Of a stretch of 64,000 nucleotides of DNA, positions 29,127 through 39,128 are shown one piece after another. Position 1 is the first letter of the stretch; each line of letters begins with the position of its first letter. The notes below the pieces were generated by a model, which worked only from the letters and a program-made list of their open reading frames with translations, was not told where the DNA came from and did no database searches. Origin of the DNA: a virus; the IMG/VR virus record IMGVR_UViG_3300043786_000977, positions 99,907 through 163,906 of that record; one strand, given 5' to 3'. The position numbers and the translations under genes were made by a program.

Positions 29127-29438
29127 ATGGCCACGACTTCGCCCGAGCCTCAGATTCCCCAGATTCTGCTGTACAGAGGTAAGATTTCCCTTACTGATGC
29201 CCAGCTCCAGGAGTTGCGTGATGCCGGTTACATACCCATCTGCGTGGATGACTTTTCGGATATATCCGTTATGAACGCTACTGGTATGGTCCCCGTAGCC
29301 ACCATCTGGAACTCTGCGATGGACGCAATCAACGGCGCTGATCAGACGGAAGGAGCTCGGTCACGTTTCGGCCGTTTGCTGTCACAGCGTCTCACGGACA
29401 TCTTTCTCAAACCGAAGAGTGCGGAGCCTAAACGATGA
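29127..29438 (+). CDS. hypothetical protein
   Basis: Start moved to ATG 29127 (MATTSPEPQ), after RBS AAGGAA and downstream of the terminator. 103 aa. Confidence 0.5.
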   Translation: MATTSPEPQIPQILLYRGKISLTDAQLQELRDAGYIPICVDDFSDISVMNATGMVPVATIWNSAMDAINGADQTEGARSRFGRLLSQRLTDIFLKPKSAEPKR

Positions 29439-30418
29439 AAGTGCTTGTTACTGGCGGTGCCGGATATATCGGAAGTGTTACCACGGAACTATTGCTCGAT
29501 TCCGGACACGACGTGGTTGTGTTCGACAATCTAGAGCGTGGTCATCGTGAGGCCGTTGACAAACGGGCCACATTCATCGAGGGGGATTTACGTGAAAAGC
29601 ACGACATCTTCCAGGCGATGCATACGGTCAAGCCGGATGCCGTTATGCATTTCGCAGCCTATGCGTTGGTCGCTGAATCCATGGCAAGACCCGATATCTA
29701 TTTTCGGAACAACGTGGTCGGCGGTATCAATTTAGTCGAGGCTATGTGGGCCGATGGTGTGAAGCACATCGTATTCTCTTCCACGTGCGCGACTTACGGT
29801 CAGCCCAAATGTGTACCGATACCCGAGTTTGCATTACAGCAGCCCGAGAATCCTTACGGTGAAACGAAGTTGATGCTTGAAAAGACCTTGTCGTGGTATC
29901 AGCAGTTGCATGGCATACGATCGGTGTTTCTCCGTTATTTTAATGCCTGTGGTGCCACGGAAAAGTTCGGTGAAGATCATACACCTGAAACGCATCTCAT
30001 CCCTCTGGTATTACAGGTAGCGCTGGGTCAACGAGACAAGGTCACGATATGCGGCGATGATCACGTAACGTTAGACGGCACGTGCGTCAGGGATTATATC
30101 CACGTCGTAGACTTAGCCCGAGCGCATATTCTTGCACTGACATCAGACGCCACCGGAGCCTTTAATCTCGGTACCGGCAAAGGAAAATCAGTGCAACAGG
30201 TAATTGCGACAGCACGAAAGATCACGGGACATCCGATTCCCGTGGAACTCGGTCCGCGTCGCCCTGGCGACCCGTCAAAGCTGGTTGCGAGCGCCGATAA
30301 AGCACGCAAGATTCTTGGATGGAAACCGACATTCACAACGCTCGACTCGATTATACAAAGTGCGTGGAACTGGCATAGATCCCACCCGAATGGTTACGGG
30401 TCACTCCCACGGGCTTGA
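29435..30418 (+). CDS. galE: UDP-glucose 4-epimerase (NAD-dependent epimerase/dehydratase)
   Basis: MKVLVTGGAGYIGS Rossmann motif, SSTCATYG, and the PYGETK YxxxK catalytic motif. 327 aa. Confidence 0.85.
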   Translation: MKVLVTGGAGYIGSVTTELLLDSGHDVVVFDNLERGHREAVDKRATFIEGDLREKHDIFQAMHTVKPDAVMHFAAYALVAESMARPDIYFRNNVVGGINLVEAMWADGVKHIVFSSTCATYGQPKCVPIPEFALQQPENPYGETKLMLEKTLSWYQQLHGIRSVFLRYFNACGATEKFGEDHTPETHLIPLVLQVALGQRDKVTICGDDHVTLDGTCVRDYIHVVDLARAHILALTSDATGAFNLGTGKGKSVQQVIATARKITGHPIPVELGPRRPGDPSKLVASADKARKILGWKPTFTTLDSIIQSAWNWHRSHPNGYGSLPRA

Positions 30419-30461
30419 CATGTAGAACGGATCTGGTATTCTTAACAGTGCAATCATTTTT

Positions 30462-30852
30462 GGGGCCATATTGGTTTCGACGTGATGACTTAGTTCGATA
30501 GATGCATGCCGTGGATTCTCGTTGGCCACGTTAATAAACGGGAAACAACCTTCAAAGGCCGAGCCAATGAAGCTGGCTGCTTAATCACAGCCATAGGAAC
30601 CCGGTGAGCGAGCAGTAACCGGCAGTACGACTCATACAGCTCTAAGCCTGTGAACCGGGCAAAAAGCGGGCGCTGACGAGCCTTGGGCGCAAGTCCAGAA
30701 CGGTCAGTGGTGGAGGGTGACGTAACCGTCGCCCCTGCACTCCTGGGTAGCACGCTTGGCGTATCCCAGGTTTTATTAACGCGAAGCAAGCATGTAGCAT
30801 TCTGTTGAGCGGTTTTTTACGGACGCGGGTTCGATTCCCGCTGGCTCCACCA
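30462..30852 (+). ncRNA. ssrA: tmRNA (SsrA), one-piece
   Basis: 5' ggggccatattggtttcgacg and 3' ggacgcgggttcgattcccgctggctccacca with a G3:U70 pair. Internal tag ORF ...GCC GAG CCA ATG AAG CTG GCT GCT TAA (ends ...MKLAA*). Confidence 0.85.
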
Positions 30853-31189
30853 TTTTGTATACGGTTGGTTAGGCTTCACCCTTAGCGGGGCGACTGTGGA
30901 ATCGGGATCAAGCCAGAGGTAGGGATACCAATGACGGCCTAGCTCGGTTATCCGTATACTTCATCTTTGGGTAAACGTAGTTAAAGGTCTGCGATCACAC
31001 TTTACAGACACTGCGGCCCGCAACGTTGAACGTCAGGTTATGTGTGCAGTGAATCGTTGCGGGTTACCCATCTTCTACGCTGAATGGTTTGCCCTTGTGG
31101 GCCTGTTGTTACGTTAACTGGTTATCCAGTCTACTCCGTCGTGCTTCGGCACGCATTATTACTAAAACAAGGAAATGAGGAGGTTTCAC

Positions 31190-32839
31190 ATGTTCGCATT
31201 TGTATTCGGTTGTCTGCTGATTGTTGCTGGATTGATCGCGCCACTGTTGCTCAGTGACGTGCTCAAACCAGTTGGGCGTACGCTGCTGGCGATTATCCTG
31301 GTGATGCTTGGCACGGTGGCAGTTGTGTTTTCGACATCGCTGTGGGTCAACACCAACTCTGGTGGTCTTATCACCAAGAAGTTTGGTGAAGGCCTGAAGG
31401 ATGGCCGGATCATCGCTGTTAGTGGTCAACGCGGGGTGCAGGCAGAGATTCTGTCGCCGGGTTGGTCGTTCGGATGGGCTCCGTGGCAGTACAATCTGGA
31501 GTCCGTACCTAATGTCGAGATCAAGGCAGGTACAGTCGGCGTAGTTACCGCCATGGATGGTGATCCATTACCCGCTGGCGAGATCTATGCCAAAGCCTGG
31601 GCGTCGCCTACGTTGATGCTGGATGCGAAAGCATTCCTCACCCAAGGTGGTCAGAAGGGTCCGCAACTTACCGTGCTGCCTCCGGGCCAGTATCGCTACA
31701 ATCCGAAACTGTTCCAGATTACACCGGCGCCGTGTATTGATGTGCCGATTGGATTCGCGGCTGGGGTTCGTGCAAATGCCGGCCTGCCCTTCAACGGTGA
31801 TGGTACTAACCAGACGGACGTCGTGAACGGTGTCCCGCTGGTACCGAATGGTTATAAAGGTTTGTGGTGTGAGCCACTCCTTCCCGGGCAGTATTACATG
31901 CATCCGCAGGCGTATCAGGTTATTTTGGTTCGGACCACCAAGCGCATGTACAGTTACACAGGCGTGGCGGGATCTGAAGCCAATACGGCCAGCAAGAAGG
32001 AACCGGAAGGCGATAATAGCATTCATGTGCGTTCGCAGGACTCGTTTGAGTTCCCTGTGGATGTGCGTGTAGCCGTGGCGATTTCGGCCAAGGACATACC
32101 CTATGTGGTGGCAAAGATTGCTGATCCGGACGCCGATTCAGACAAGAATGGCTTTGATAATATCGAGGAACGTGCCATTCTACCGTCAGTCAGAGCGATC
32201 CTGCGGAATACGGCTGAGGGTAAGAAGGCCATGGATTACGTCAACTCCCGCTCGCAGGTCGAGAAGGAGGCTCTGGCACGCTTCACTGTGGACATGGCCA
32301 AAGATCGGCTCGAGGTCGAAGGTTTCTATCTGGCCGATATCGGACTCAGCCGTACTGCAGCCGGTAAGGAATTGCTGAAGACGCAGACCGACAAGGAGAT
32401 TGCGATGCAGCAGCAGGACATGTACATGAAACAGGTCTTGGCTGCGAACGAACGTGGCAAGCAGGTTGAGGCTGAAGAGAAGGCCAATCAGCAGAAGGGT
32501 ATCCAGGCGTCGCAGGCTGGTATCAAGATCGCGGAACAGGATGCTGAGGCTGCCAAGCGTCGGGCTGAAGGTGACGCGGCACAGGCCTTGGTCTACAAGG
32601 CCAAGATTGATGCCCTGGGTGGCCCGGAGGCGTTCACCAAGTTCGAAGTGACCAAGATGATCGTGGAGAAGATGGCAGACGCGCTTAGTACCTGGAAACC
32701 CGCATTGCCACAGACCGTGGTTATGGGCCAGGGCGGCGGTGCCAACGGATCCGTTGATGGTATCTTGGCCGGAATCCTGGGCCAGATGAACACGGCTGCA
32801 ATGAAGCCCGCCGTGGTAGCGCAACCCACAGGAAAGTAA
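31190..32839 (+). CDS. SPFH/band-7 (flotillin-like) membrane protein
   Basis: RBS GAGGAGG, N-terminal TM helix, and a long coiled-coil EA-rich C-terminus typical of flotillin/YqiK. Confidence 0.55.
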   Translation: MFAFVFGCLLIVAGLIAPLLLSDVLKPVGRTLLAIILVMLGTVAVVFSTSLWVNTNSGGLITKKFGEGLKDGRIIAVSGQRGVQAEILSPGWSFGWAPWQYNLESVPNVEIKAGTVGVVTAMDGDPLPAGEIYAKAWASPTLMLDAKAFLTQGGQKGPQLTVLPPGQYRYNPKLFQITPAPCIDVPIGFAAGVRANAGLPFNGDGTNQTDVVNGVPLVPNGYKGLWCEPLLPGQYYMHPQAYQVILVRTTKRMYSYTGVAGSEANTASKKEPEGDNSIHVRSQDSFEFPVDVRVAVAISAKDIPYVVAKIADPDADSDKNGFDNIEERAILPSVRAILRNTAEGKKAMDYVNSRSQVEKEALARFTVDMAKDRLEVEGFYLADIGLSRTAAGKELLKTQTDKEIAMQQQDMYMKQVLAANERGKQVEAEEKANQQKGIQASQAGIKIAEQDAEAAKRRAEGDAAQALVYKAKIDALGGPEAFTKFEVTKMIVEKMADALSTWKPALPQTVVMGQGGGANGSVDGILAGILGQMNTAAMKPAVVAQPTGK

Positions 32840-32845
32840 GGTCAT

Positions 32846-33112
32846 ATGGGCGAGTTCGTCGCAATTGCAGTAGTTCTGTCGCTTATCATCGGTGCGACAT
32901 TCCTGGTCATCCTCGTTCGTGCGGGTAACGCACAGAGGGTCACGAAGAATGTGGCCGAGGAGGATATGGTTAACAGGGTCAAGATTACCCTGACACCGGA
33001 CAAGGCCACGGCGTTAGCGAAGCAGCTGACAGACGCGGCTAAGAAGCAACTTCCGTGCGTAATCGATTTGTACGAGAAAGACAATCGGTTGGTGCGAATC
33101 ACGGTAGTGTGA
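32846..33112 (+). CDS. small membrane protein
   Basis: 88 aa with an N-terminal TM helix (FVAIAVVLSLIIGATFLVILV). Confidence 0.5.
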   Translation: MGEFVAIAVVLSLIIGATFLVILVRAGNAQRVTKNVAEEDMVNRVKITLTPDKATALAKQLTDAAKKQLPCVIDLYEKDNRLVRITVV

Positions 33113-33209
33113 GATCTCAGGGGACATACGGCAATGAGGACGCATCCCTCCACTCGGACTGTTTGTTTCCGGGTGTGCCGTATGTCCCCACTTATTCTGG
33201 AGTCAATAT

Positions 33210-33674
33210 ATGTCGTTACGTGTTTCAGCGTCAATAGGCGCGATGCAGCTCTGTAATATTACAATCGGTCGGATTGATGGGTTGAAGTCGGGTAAGGATA
33301 TGTACGCGTATCGTGTTCGTTTTAGTTCGAAGGAATGGCGCAAGGGTGTTGAAGTTGTCACCACACCATTCCACGCGTACTATTCGCACGGATCGTTGGA
33401 GTTGATTCAACGTGCGATGTCCCATCTCCTAAAGGAGTTTCCTGAACTCCGCGCTGGTAGATTCGGTGTTCCTCGCAACCGTGCTAAGTGCCGGAAATGC
33501 GGGGACATTGTGTGGTCCACGCACAGGCATGATTTTACCTCTTGTAGTTGTGGGGCCATTTCACTCGATGGTGGTTACGACTACAACCGTGTAAGTGCCA
33601 AGAATCCCAAGGATGTCATCTATCTTCCGGAACCGTGGCAGGAGCCTGTACCTAAGAAGAAGGTCAAGAAATAA
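33210..33674 (+). CDS. hypothetical protein
   Basis: 154 aa ORF. Contains CRKCG...CSCG. Confidence 0.45.
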   Translation: MSLRVSASIGAMQLCNITIGRIDGLKSGKDMYAYRVRFSSKEWRKGVEVVTTPFHAYYSHGSLELIQRAMSHLLKEFPELRAGRFGVPRNRAKCRKCGDIVWSTHRHDFTSCSCGAISLDGGYDYNRVSAKNPKDVIYLPEPWQEPVPKKKVKK

Positions 33675-33695
33675 CGCATACCACGTACGTAGATT

Positions 33696-33727
33696 GTTCT
33701 TGATGTTCGTCCATATCCTGGTATACT
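33696..33727 (+). promoter_or_regulatory. putative sigma70-like promoter
   Basis: ttgatg, a 16-17 nt spacer, then tatact, upstream of the HNH gene. Confidence 0.35.
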
Positions 33728-33749
33728 GTAACCAATTCTCATTAAAGGA

Positions 33750-34337
33750 GTGGTTATGAGCAAGCACCAGTACGGGACGACGAATCCAAACTATCGACAA
33801 GGTACGTTTTGTAAGAAACATTATTGTGCCTGTGGTAGGGAACGTGATTACCGAGCAAAGCAGTGTGCCTTGTGTTCACGGCGCGGTTTTTCAAAATCGG
33901 GTGAGCGTGTAGTTGCTGATACGAAACTGCGTAAAGCTGTCCTCTCGTGCACTTCATTCTTAGCAGTAGCCAAGCGGTTAGATACAAGTCGACATCTTGT
34001 GACCCAAGCTATCCGCAGACTCAGACTCGACATTGCACATTTTAAGTCAGGACGTGGACGTATTCCGTCCGATACAGACTTGTTTAGTCGCAACGGTTAT
34101 CGTTGTCGTCAGCAACTACGTAAACGTTACTACGGTAAAGATCCGGGAGCGTATCTATGTGCTTGTTGCGGATTGAAGCCCGTGTGGCACGGTAATAGTT
34201 TGACGTTAGAACTTGATCATATAAACGGCGATAACAGGGATAACAGATTGATGAATTTAAGATGGTTATGCCCAAATTGCCACTCACAACAACCCACCAG
34301 TAAGGGCCGTAATATTGGACGGTACAAACTGACATAA
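33750..34337 (+). CDS. HNH homing endonuclease
   Basis: LELDHINGDNRDNRLMNLRWLCPNCH, the HNH motif. Confidence 0.75.
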   Translation: MVMSKHQYGTTNPNYRQGTFCKKHYCACGRERDYRAKQCALCSRRGFSKSGERVVADTKLRKAVLSCTSFLAVAKRLDTSRHLVTQAIRRLRLDIAHFKSGRGRIPSDTDLFSRNGYRCRQQLRKRYYGKDPGAYLCACCGLKPVWHGNSLTLELDHINGDNRDNRLMNLRWLCPNCHSQQPTSKGRNIGRYKLT

Positions 34338-34443
34338 CGAAAGGGGTGATCTATGGCAGATCTTTGGTTCTTCATGGATCCGCATTTTCGGTCACGATAA
34401 TATTCGCAGACACTGTAATCGTCCATTCAAGACGACACAGGAG

Positions 34444-35082
34444 ATGGATGAGACGTTGATCGCCAACTACTGTAGTTTGGTAAAGCCGCAGGACACCGTC
34501 ATAATTGGTGGTGACTTCGCGTGGTATAACCATGACAAGTACTTGGCGCAGTTACCGGGTAAAAAGACACTTGTGTGGGGCAATCACGATAACATGCCCC
34601 TGTCGGCACAACGCAATTTTACACGCGTGGTCGGCAGCAGGGGACAACCGGGCATACTTGAGTTATCGATCAAGCCGTACATGTTGACGGTATGTCATTT
34701 CCCTTTGATGAGTTGGAATGCCTCATTCCACGGGAGTTGGCATGTCCACGGGCATTGTCACGGGCGGCTCGTCGAGCCGATGGATATGTTTCGTACAGAT
34801 CTAGGTGTTGATGTGACGGATTATTGTCCGGTCAATTTCGATGTAGTCGTGCGCAAGTTTGAAAATCGTAGGGCAGCATGGAGAGCACGACGCATTCGTT
34901 TGGCTGCAGAACACGCTGGTGAAGTGGCAATTGATGCCAGCATACCCAATCGCAACGAGAACAGAATACTAATTGCTCAATGGCAAAACGATGTAAAGGA
35001 AGGACGTATTTCTGGTGACTACCCGACCCGCTATCTGCGTAATGCACGCCTGCTGGTCGCAGAGGATCCAGATTCATTATGA
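34444..35082 (+). CDS. metallophosphoesterase
   Basis: IIGGDFAWYNHD ... VWGNHDN motifs. Confidence 0.6.
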   Translation: MDETLIANYCSLVKPQDTVIIGGDFAWYNHDKYLAQLPGKKTLVWGNHDNMPLSAQRNFTRVVGSRGQPGILELSIKPYMLTVCHFPLMSWNASFHGSWHVHGHCHGRLVEPMDMFRTDLGVDVTDYCPVNFDVVVRKFENRRAAWRARRIRLAAEHAGEVAIDASIPNRNENRILIAQWQNDVKEGRISGDYPTRYLRNARLLVAEDPDSL

Positions 35083-36110
35083 AAGTCACATTACTCGGTA
35101 CAGGCGGCATGTTTACACAACGTCTGTTTCATACAAACCTCTTAGTCCGAAGTCAGCAATCGGGCAATAGACACTGTTTGCTTGTTGACTGCGGTACTGA
35201 TATCAGATTCTCGCTGGCCTCGATAGGCCTGCATATGGCGGCCGTCGATGCCGTCTACATCACACATACGCATCCTGACCATGCAGGCGGGTTGCACTAT
35301 CTGGCGTATCATTCGCTTAGTCGTTATCAGCACGCGAAGCGCATCACACTATACGCAACGGCACCAATCTTGCGCGATATATGGGACATGATGCGTCCGT
35401 CGTGTGGGATTTACAACGGGCAGGTGCGGGGTTTGTCGGATTACTTCGACATCGTTACGGTACCCTATCCAGACGGTAACGCAATATGGCGGGACATTCT
35501 GCTGACGCCGATCGCGTGGGAACACATGACTACAGCCAGCGATATGCCACAGGACTGTAAGCCTGTGATGTTATCATACGGCCTTACGCTCTACGAACGG
35601 GATACCAACATTCGTATTCACTACACAGGTGACGTGGCGCCGACGCAACTAACAGCACTGCGTAAGTTTATCGCGCAGGATTACATCGATCTGGTGCTGG
35701 CCGATTGTTATACGGGACCAGGTTACTCAGGAGTTCCAGTCCACGTGACATACGAGGACTACGCACAACTGCCTGCAGCTGTGAAGGCGAAGATTCGACT
35801 CACACACTACGGCGACGAGGTTGTAAACAAGTACCCGGAGACCCGAGAAGGTCATCCGACGATTTGTCAGGCCTGGGCAGAACGGGCCGCCAAGGATGGT
35901 TTGTTATTCGCAAACATTCATGATACATACGATACATCAACCATGCGTCAAGTACTAGACGCACAAGTAAAGAAGGAGCAGCAGGATGTCAGACCCACTA
36001 CAGGAACCGGCCGAGATGTCGGACGCGATGTCACAGAGGCCAGATGTACCCATTGCGCCGCAGGACATGACACAACTGCCAAGCGCGGCCGCAGCGTCGA
36101 AACCATCTAA
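35079..36110 (+). CDS. MBL-fold hydrolase, RNase Z (tRNase Z / RNase BN)-like
   Basis: MKVTLLGTGG...LLVDCG...ITHTHPDHAGGL (HxHxDH), collinear with the RNase Z N-terminus. The C-terminal tail overlaps the next gene by 125 nt. Confidence 0.6.
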   Translation: MKVTLLGTGGMFTQRLFHTNLLVRSQQSGNRHCLLVDCGTDIRFSLASIGLHMAAVDAVYITHTHPDHAGGLHYLAYHSLSRYQHAKRITLYATAPILRDIWDMMRPSCGIYNGQVRGLSDYFDIVTVPYPDGNAIWRDILLTPIAWEHMTTASDMPQDCKPVMLSYGLTLYERDTNIRIHYTGDVAPTQLTALRKFIAQDYIDLVLADCYTGPGYSGVPVHVTYEDYAQLPAAVKAKIRLTHYGDEVVNKYPETREGHPTICQAWAERAAKDGLLFANIHDTYDTSTMRQVLDAQVKKEQQDVRPTTGTGRDVGRDVTEARCTHCAAGHDTTAKRGRSVETI

Positions 36111-36453
36111 GCGTACCCGCAAACCGAGCCCTGACAAAGGTAAGGTTCGTGGTAAACGCACTACGAAACCTGTCAACGTTAAGCCCGGGCCGAAGTGCGC
36201 ACGCAAGCTCTACTACCGCCTGTTATCACCAGAGATGGTAGAAGGCCTGGATAACGCATCGTTTCTTGCTGATGGGTTGCGTCCGTTGGCGTCAGTGACG
36301 CCCAGCGACGCAGTACGTGAAGTTCTTGCGCTAAGTCAGCTCGATGAAAACAGGGATACCCATCTGGGACGTGCTTGTCAGATCATCGGCCTGTTGGACA
36401 AGTTCACGATCGCCGGCAAGGTACACGTACAAGTAAAGGCAGAGCGATGCTAG
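35986..36453 (+). CDS. hypothetical basic protein
   Basis: Strong RBS AAGGAG 7 nt upstream. 155 aa, K/R-rich. Confidence 0.5.
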   Translation: MSDPLQEPAEMSDAMSQRPDVPIAPQDMTQLPSAAAASKPSKRTRKPSPDKGKVRGKRTTKPVNVKPGPKCARKLYYRLLSPEMVEGLDNASFLADGLRPLASVTPSDAVREVLALSQLDENRDTHLGRACQIIGLLDKFTIAGKVHVQVKAERC

Positions 36454-36671
36454 TTGACGTAGTCATACTTTTTGGTGTATGGTTCTGGGGTTATTGCGCG
36501 GGGCAGAAGAGTAAGCTGCAGGTAGATGATGTACCGACGTTTACTGACGCACCGCCTAAACAGTGACACCCAAAACAATAGTTGAATGAGTTATCCATAG
36601 TGCTACGATCTGGCTGGTCGTAGCACTTGAGTCCTTTGAGGACAATGCCGGAATTTTTCCGTGCTTGTAGA

Positions 36672-36745
36672 TGCCGAATAGTGTAATGGTAGCACGGGGG
36701 CCTTTGGAGCCCTCTGTCTAGGTTCGAATCCTAGTTCGGCAGCCA
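36672..36745 (+). tRNA. tRNA-Gln (TTG)
   Basis: Full cloverleaf, anticodon loop ctTTGga, T arm ctagg-ttcgaat-cctag, CCA encoded. Confidence 0.8.
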
Positions 36746-36758
36746 GTAGTAACAATGT

Positions 36759-36835
36759 TGTCGGGTGGTGTAATTGGTAGCACAAATGACTCTGGATCAT
36801 TTAGTTTCCAGGTTCGAATCCTGGCCCGACAGCCA
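36759..36835 (+). tRNA. tRNA-Gln (CTG)
   Basis: Anticodon stem aatga/tcatt with loop ctCTGga, T arm ccagg-ttcgaat-cctgg, CCA. Confidence 0.8.
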
Positions 36836-36861
36836 AACGAGAACGAAAGCGTAGGAATAAC

Positions 36862-37353
36862 ATGTCATCAGACAACAAAACACAGGCGTTTTATCTGAAA
36901 ACGCAGGTAGTCGACGCAGAAGGCAAGCAGGTTGATAAGAAGGGCGTACCGCCCGCGGCATGCATCGTGTATGCTTGGAATGACGCAGGTGATGTAGCCC
37001 GCGGCGTGGCGATCTGCTCCGAGGCCGACAACTGGAACAGGCAGGACGGTCGTGAGCGTGCTACGGCGCGTGCGCGCAAGGCGCTAGGCACCAAGAAGTC
37101 GTCTATGCCGATCGGTGTTGCCGTAACCGCCAAGGATGATGCAGCGACAATGCTGGTCCGTCAGGCCGGGTTGGAATTCCTGTATCTCTGGCAAGACCGT
37201 TTCGGTGTTGCCGATCCGCTGCCCGGTTTCAAGGTGTCCTACAATCCGGCGCTGAACGACTTCGAGAAGAAGCTGGTTCAGACTGCGAAGGATCGTGTCG
37301 CCGGAGTTAGAACACCAGATGCACCGCAAGTCACCGCTCCCGCTGTTGGCTGA
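36862..37353 (+). CDS. hypothetical protein
   Basis: 163 aa ORF. Confidence 0.55.
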   Translation: MSSDNKTQAFYLKTQVVDAEGKQVDKKGVPPAACIVYAWNDAGDVARGVAICSEADNWNRQDGRERATARARKALGTKKSSMPIGVAVTAKDDAATMLVRQAGLEFLYLWQDRFGVADPLPGFKVSYNPALNDFEKKLVQTAKDRVAGVRTPDAPQVTAPAVG

Positions 37354-37525
37354 GTGTATCTTATACATCGAAAGTAGTGGCTGGACATATAGTCACCGAT
37401 CTGTTATACGTACTTATGTGTTTACCAAGAAGAGTGATCGGTCGCATCATGCAGGCGAGGTTGCGTTCACGCTCCGTGAGTTGCGTGATGCGTTCCGTGA
37501 CGGTTGGTGATTCGTTATAGATGAT

Positions 37526-37600
37526 GGGTTGTTAGCACATCGGCTAGTGCACCGGATTGTCGATCCGGCTAGGCGAGTTCGATTCTCGCACAACCCGCCA
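37526..37600 (+). tRNA. tRNA-Asp (GTC)
   Basis: Acceptor gggttgt/acaaccc, anticodon loop ttGTCga, T arm gcgag-ttcgatt-ctcgc, CCA. Confidence 0.85.
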
Positions 37601-37788
37601 CTTGACAAGTACGAGGGAATCTGACATAGTGTGTCTCATGCATACATCAGGTACAGAATTTAGTGGGAGTTGGTTGTCCTCGAAGGGACCGCCAATGTAG
37701 CCGCATTCTGTCACCATGACACGCCTGCGGCTACCCAGTGGCCGTAGGCGTTTTTGTTTTGTGGATCTTTGACAACTGAATATATCTA

Positions 37789-37878
37789 GGAAGCGTGGCA
37801 GAGTCTGGCCTATTGCGCAGGTTTGCTAAACCTGTGGGGGTCACACCTCCGAAGGTTCAAATCCTTCCGCTTCCGCCA
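37789..37878 (+). tRNA. tRNA-Ser (GCT)
   Basis: Acceptor ggaagcg/cgcttcc, anticodon loop ttGCTaa, long variable arm, CCA. Confidence 0.8.
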
Positions 37879-37879
37879 C

Positions 37880-37953
37880 GTGTCGTTGACCTAGTGGTTG
37901 GGTACCAGCCTTCCAAGCTGGTCACATGGGTTCAATTCCCGTACGACACTCCA
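37880..37953 (+). tRNA. tRNA-Gly (TCC)
   Basis: Acceptor gtgtcgt/acgacac, anticodon stem ccagc/gctgg with loop ctTCCaa, CCA. Confidence 0.8.
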
Positions 37954-38411
37954 TTTTTCAAGGAAGGAAGTACTCCTGACCAGACTGGATGGGACGTGGA
38001 TGGGCTCACTCATATACTACGTACAAAGGTCCTCAGAGTGGCTAACGACCGGTGAGCGCTTGTTAGCCCCTTCCTCACTTCACGTACTCAACTGTTCGTC
38101 TGACGTACGGTCGTATTATGATGAACTAAAGTCCTGGTGTGCTAAAAAACTTGTGGTGATGAAATCAGGATAAACCACGGTATTATTTGACGATATCAAG
38201 AGGTTGCTCCCCGGGCTGGGGGCGGAAAGCGGTCATGGATACATTAGTCCTCTGCGAGGACCGCACAGCCACCTGTGTTCTGCAGAATTAGTGTGGTTAC
38301 CAGTCCACCATTTTGAGTAACGAACTTTGCGACGCCCCTCCCGACGTACTGCTGGGCTTAACCCAGTAAATCGAGGGTATAGATTAGAGGCGTATGGGGC
38401 GTCGCATTTAA

Positions 38412-39128
38412 TTGAAAGGAATCCGTATGCGACTTAAGGCACACCAATACCACTGTACTGTACTCTCTAAGGATTGGCAAGCAGCTGAAGTATCTGTTGA
38501 CGCCAAAGGGGTATTTCGTATTGTGGTACCCCAGCGTATCCAGAAGTTGATGGCGCGACCCCAGAAAGACGTCACAGGGTCGACGCTCGTTGAAGTAACC
38601 AAGGCGTTCGACGTTATTGTGCGATCCATCGAGCAAGCAGCCATCATTCGTCGCCGTATTATTGCATGTCGTTTTGAAGCAACCCTGATAGTCGACGATG
38701 CCGGTGGTAAGACGGTGCTCCATCGTGACGACATTTCATTTCAGACAGGCGCGGCTGTCGCTTTCGCTTGTAACGTCCTCGATGAATTGCAGATCACGGG
38801 AGCCGACGGTTTTGTATGGCACCGTTACGAGGATGTCTACACTAAAGAGAATCATCCGTTCCCTTACTCATTCCGGCGAGCTCATGGGCAGTGCGCCCAT
38901 TGGGACCTTGATGGCACACCTGATCGGGACTTCAGTAGCAGGGCTAACCATAAGACCATTGTTCTGCCTTGGTCACAGGCACTCGAAGATTTCTTCGCCG
39001 AGTCGTGTAAGTCATTCTGTGCACTTGCTCTTCGTCTGGACCAGACGTTCACCGGTGGGTCAGAGAAGGTACTCAATACGATCAATCAACACCTGCTTGG
39101 CGCAGGCGGATACGAGGTGCAGCCATGA
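38412..39128 (+). CDS. hypothetical protein
   Basis: 238 aa, RBS AAAGGAA. Confidence 0.55.
   Translation: MKGIRMRLKAHQYHCTVLSKDWQAAEVSVDAKGVFRIVVPQRIQKLMARPQKDVTGSTLVEVTKAFDVIVRSIEQAAIIRRRIIACRFEATLIVDDAGGKTVLHRDDISFQTGAAVAFACNVLDELQITGADGFVWHRYEDVYTKENHPFPYSFRRAHGQCAHWDLDGTPDRDFSSRANHKTIVLPWSQALEDFFAESCKSFCALALRLDQTFTGGSEKVLNTINQHLLGAGGYEVQP

Noticed and set aside
32186-32845. 219 aa minus-strand ORF, and several other minus ORFs (31568..32026, 60861..61514, 38358..38734, 22386..22841)
   Set aside because: They are antisense shadows inside well-supported + strand genes (flotillin-like, Ro60-like and others). Their composition is low-complexity, with no start context.
36600-36640. Hairpin gtgctacgatc-tggc-tggtcgtagcac upstream of tRNA-Gln
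   Set aside because: It is not followed by a U-run, so it is not called as a terminator. It may be a processing or structural element.
37795-38173. Track ORFs 37795..38055 and 37898..38173
   Set aside because: They overlap tRNA-Ser, tRNA-Gly and the downstream non-coding stretch, and have no RBS.
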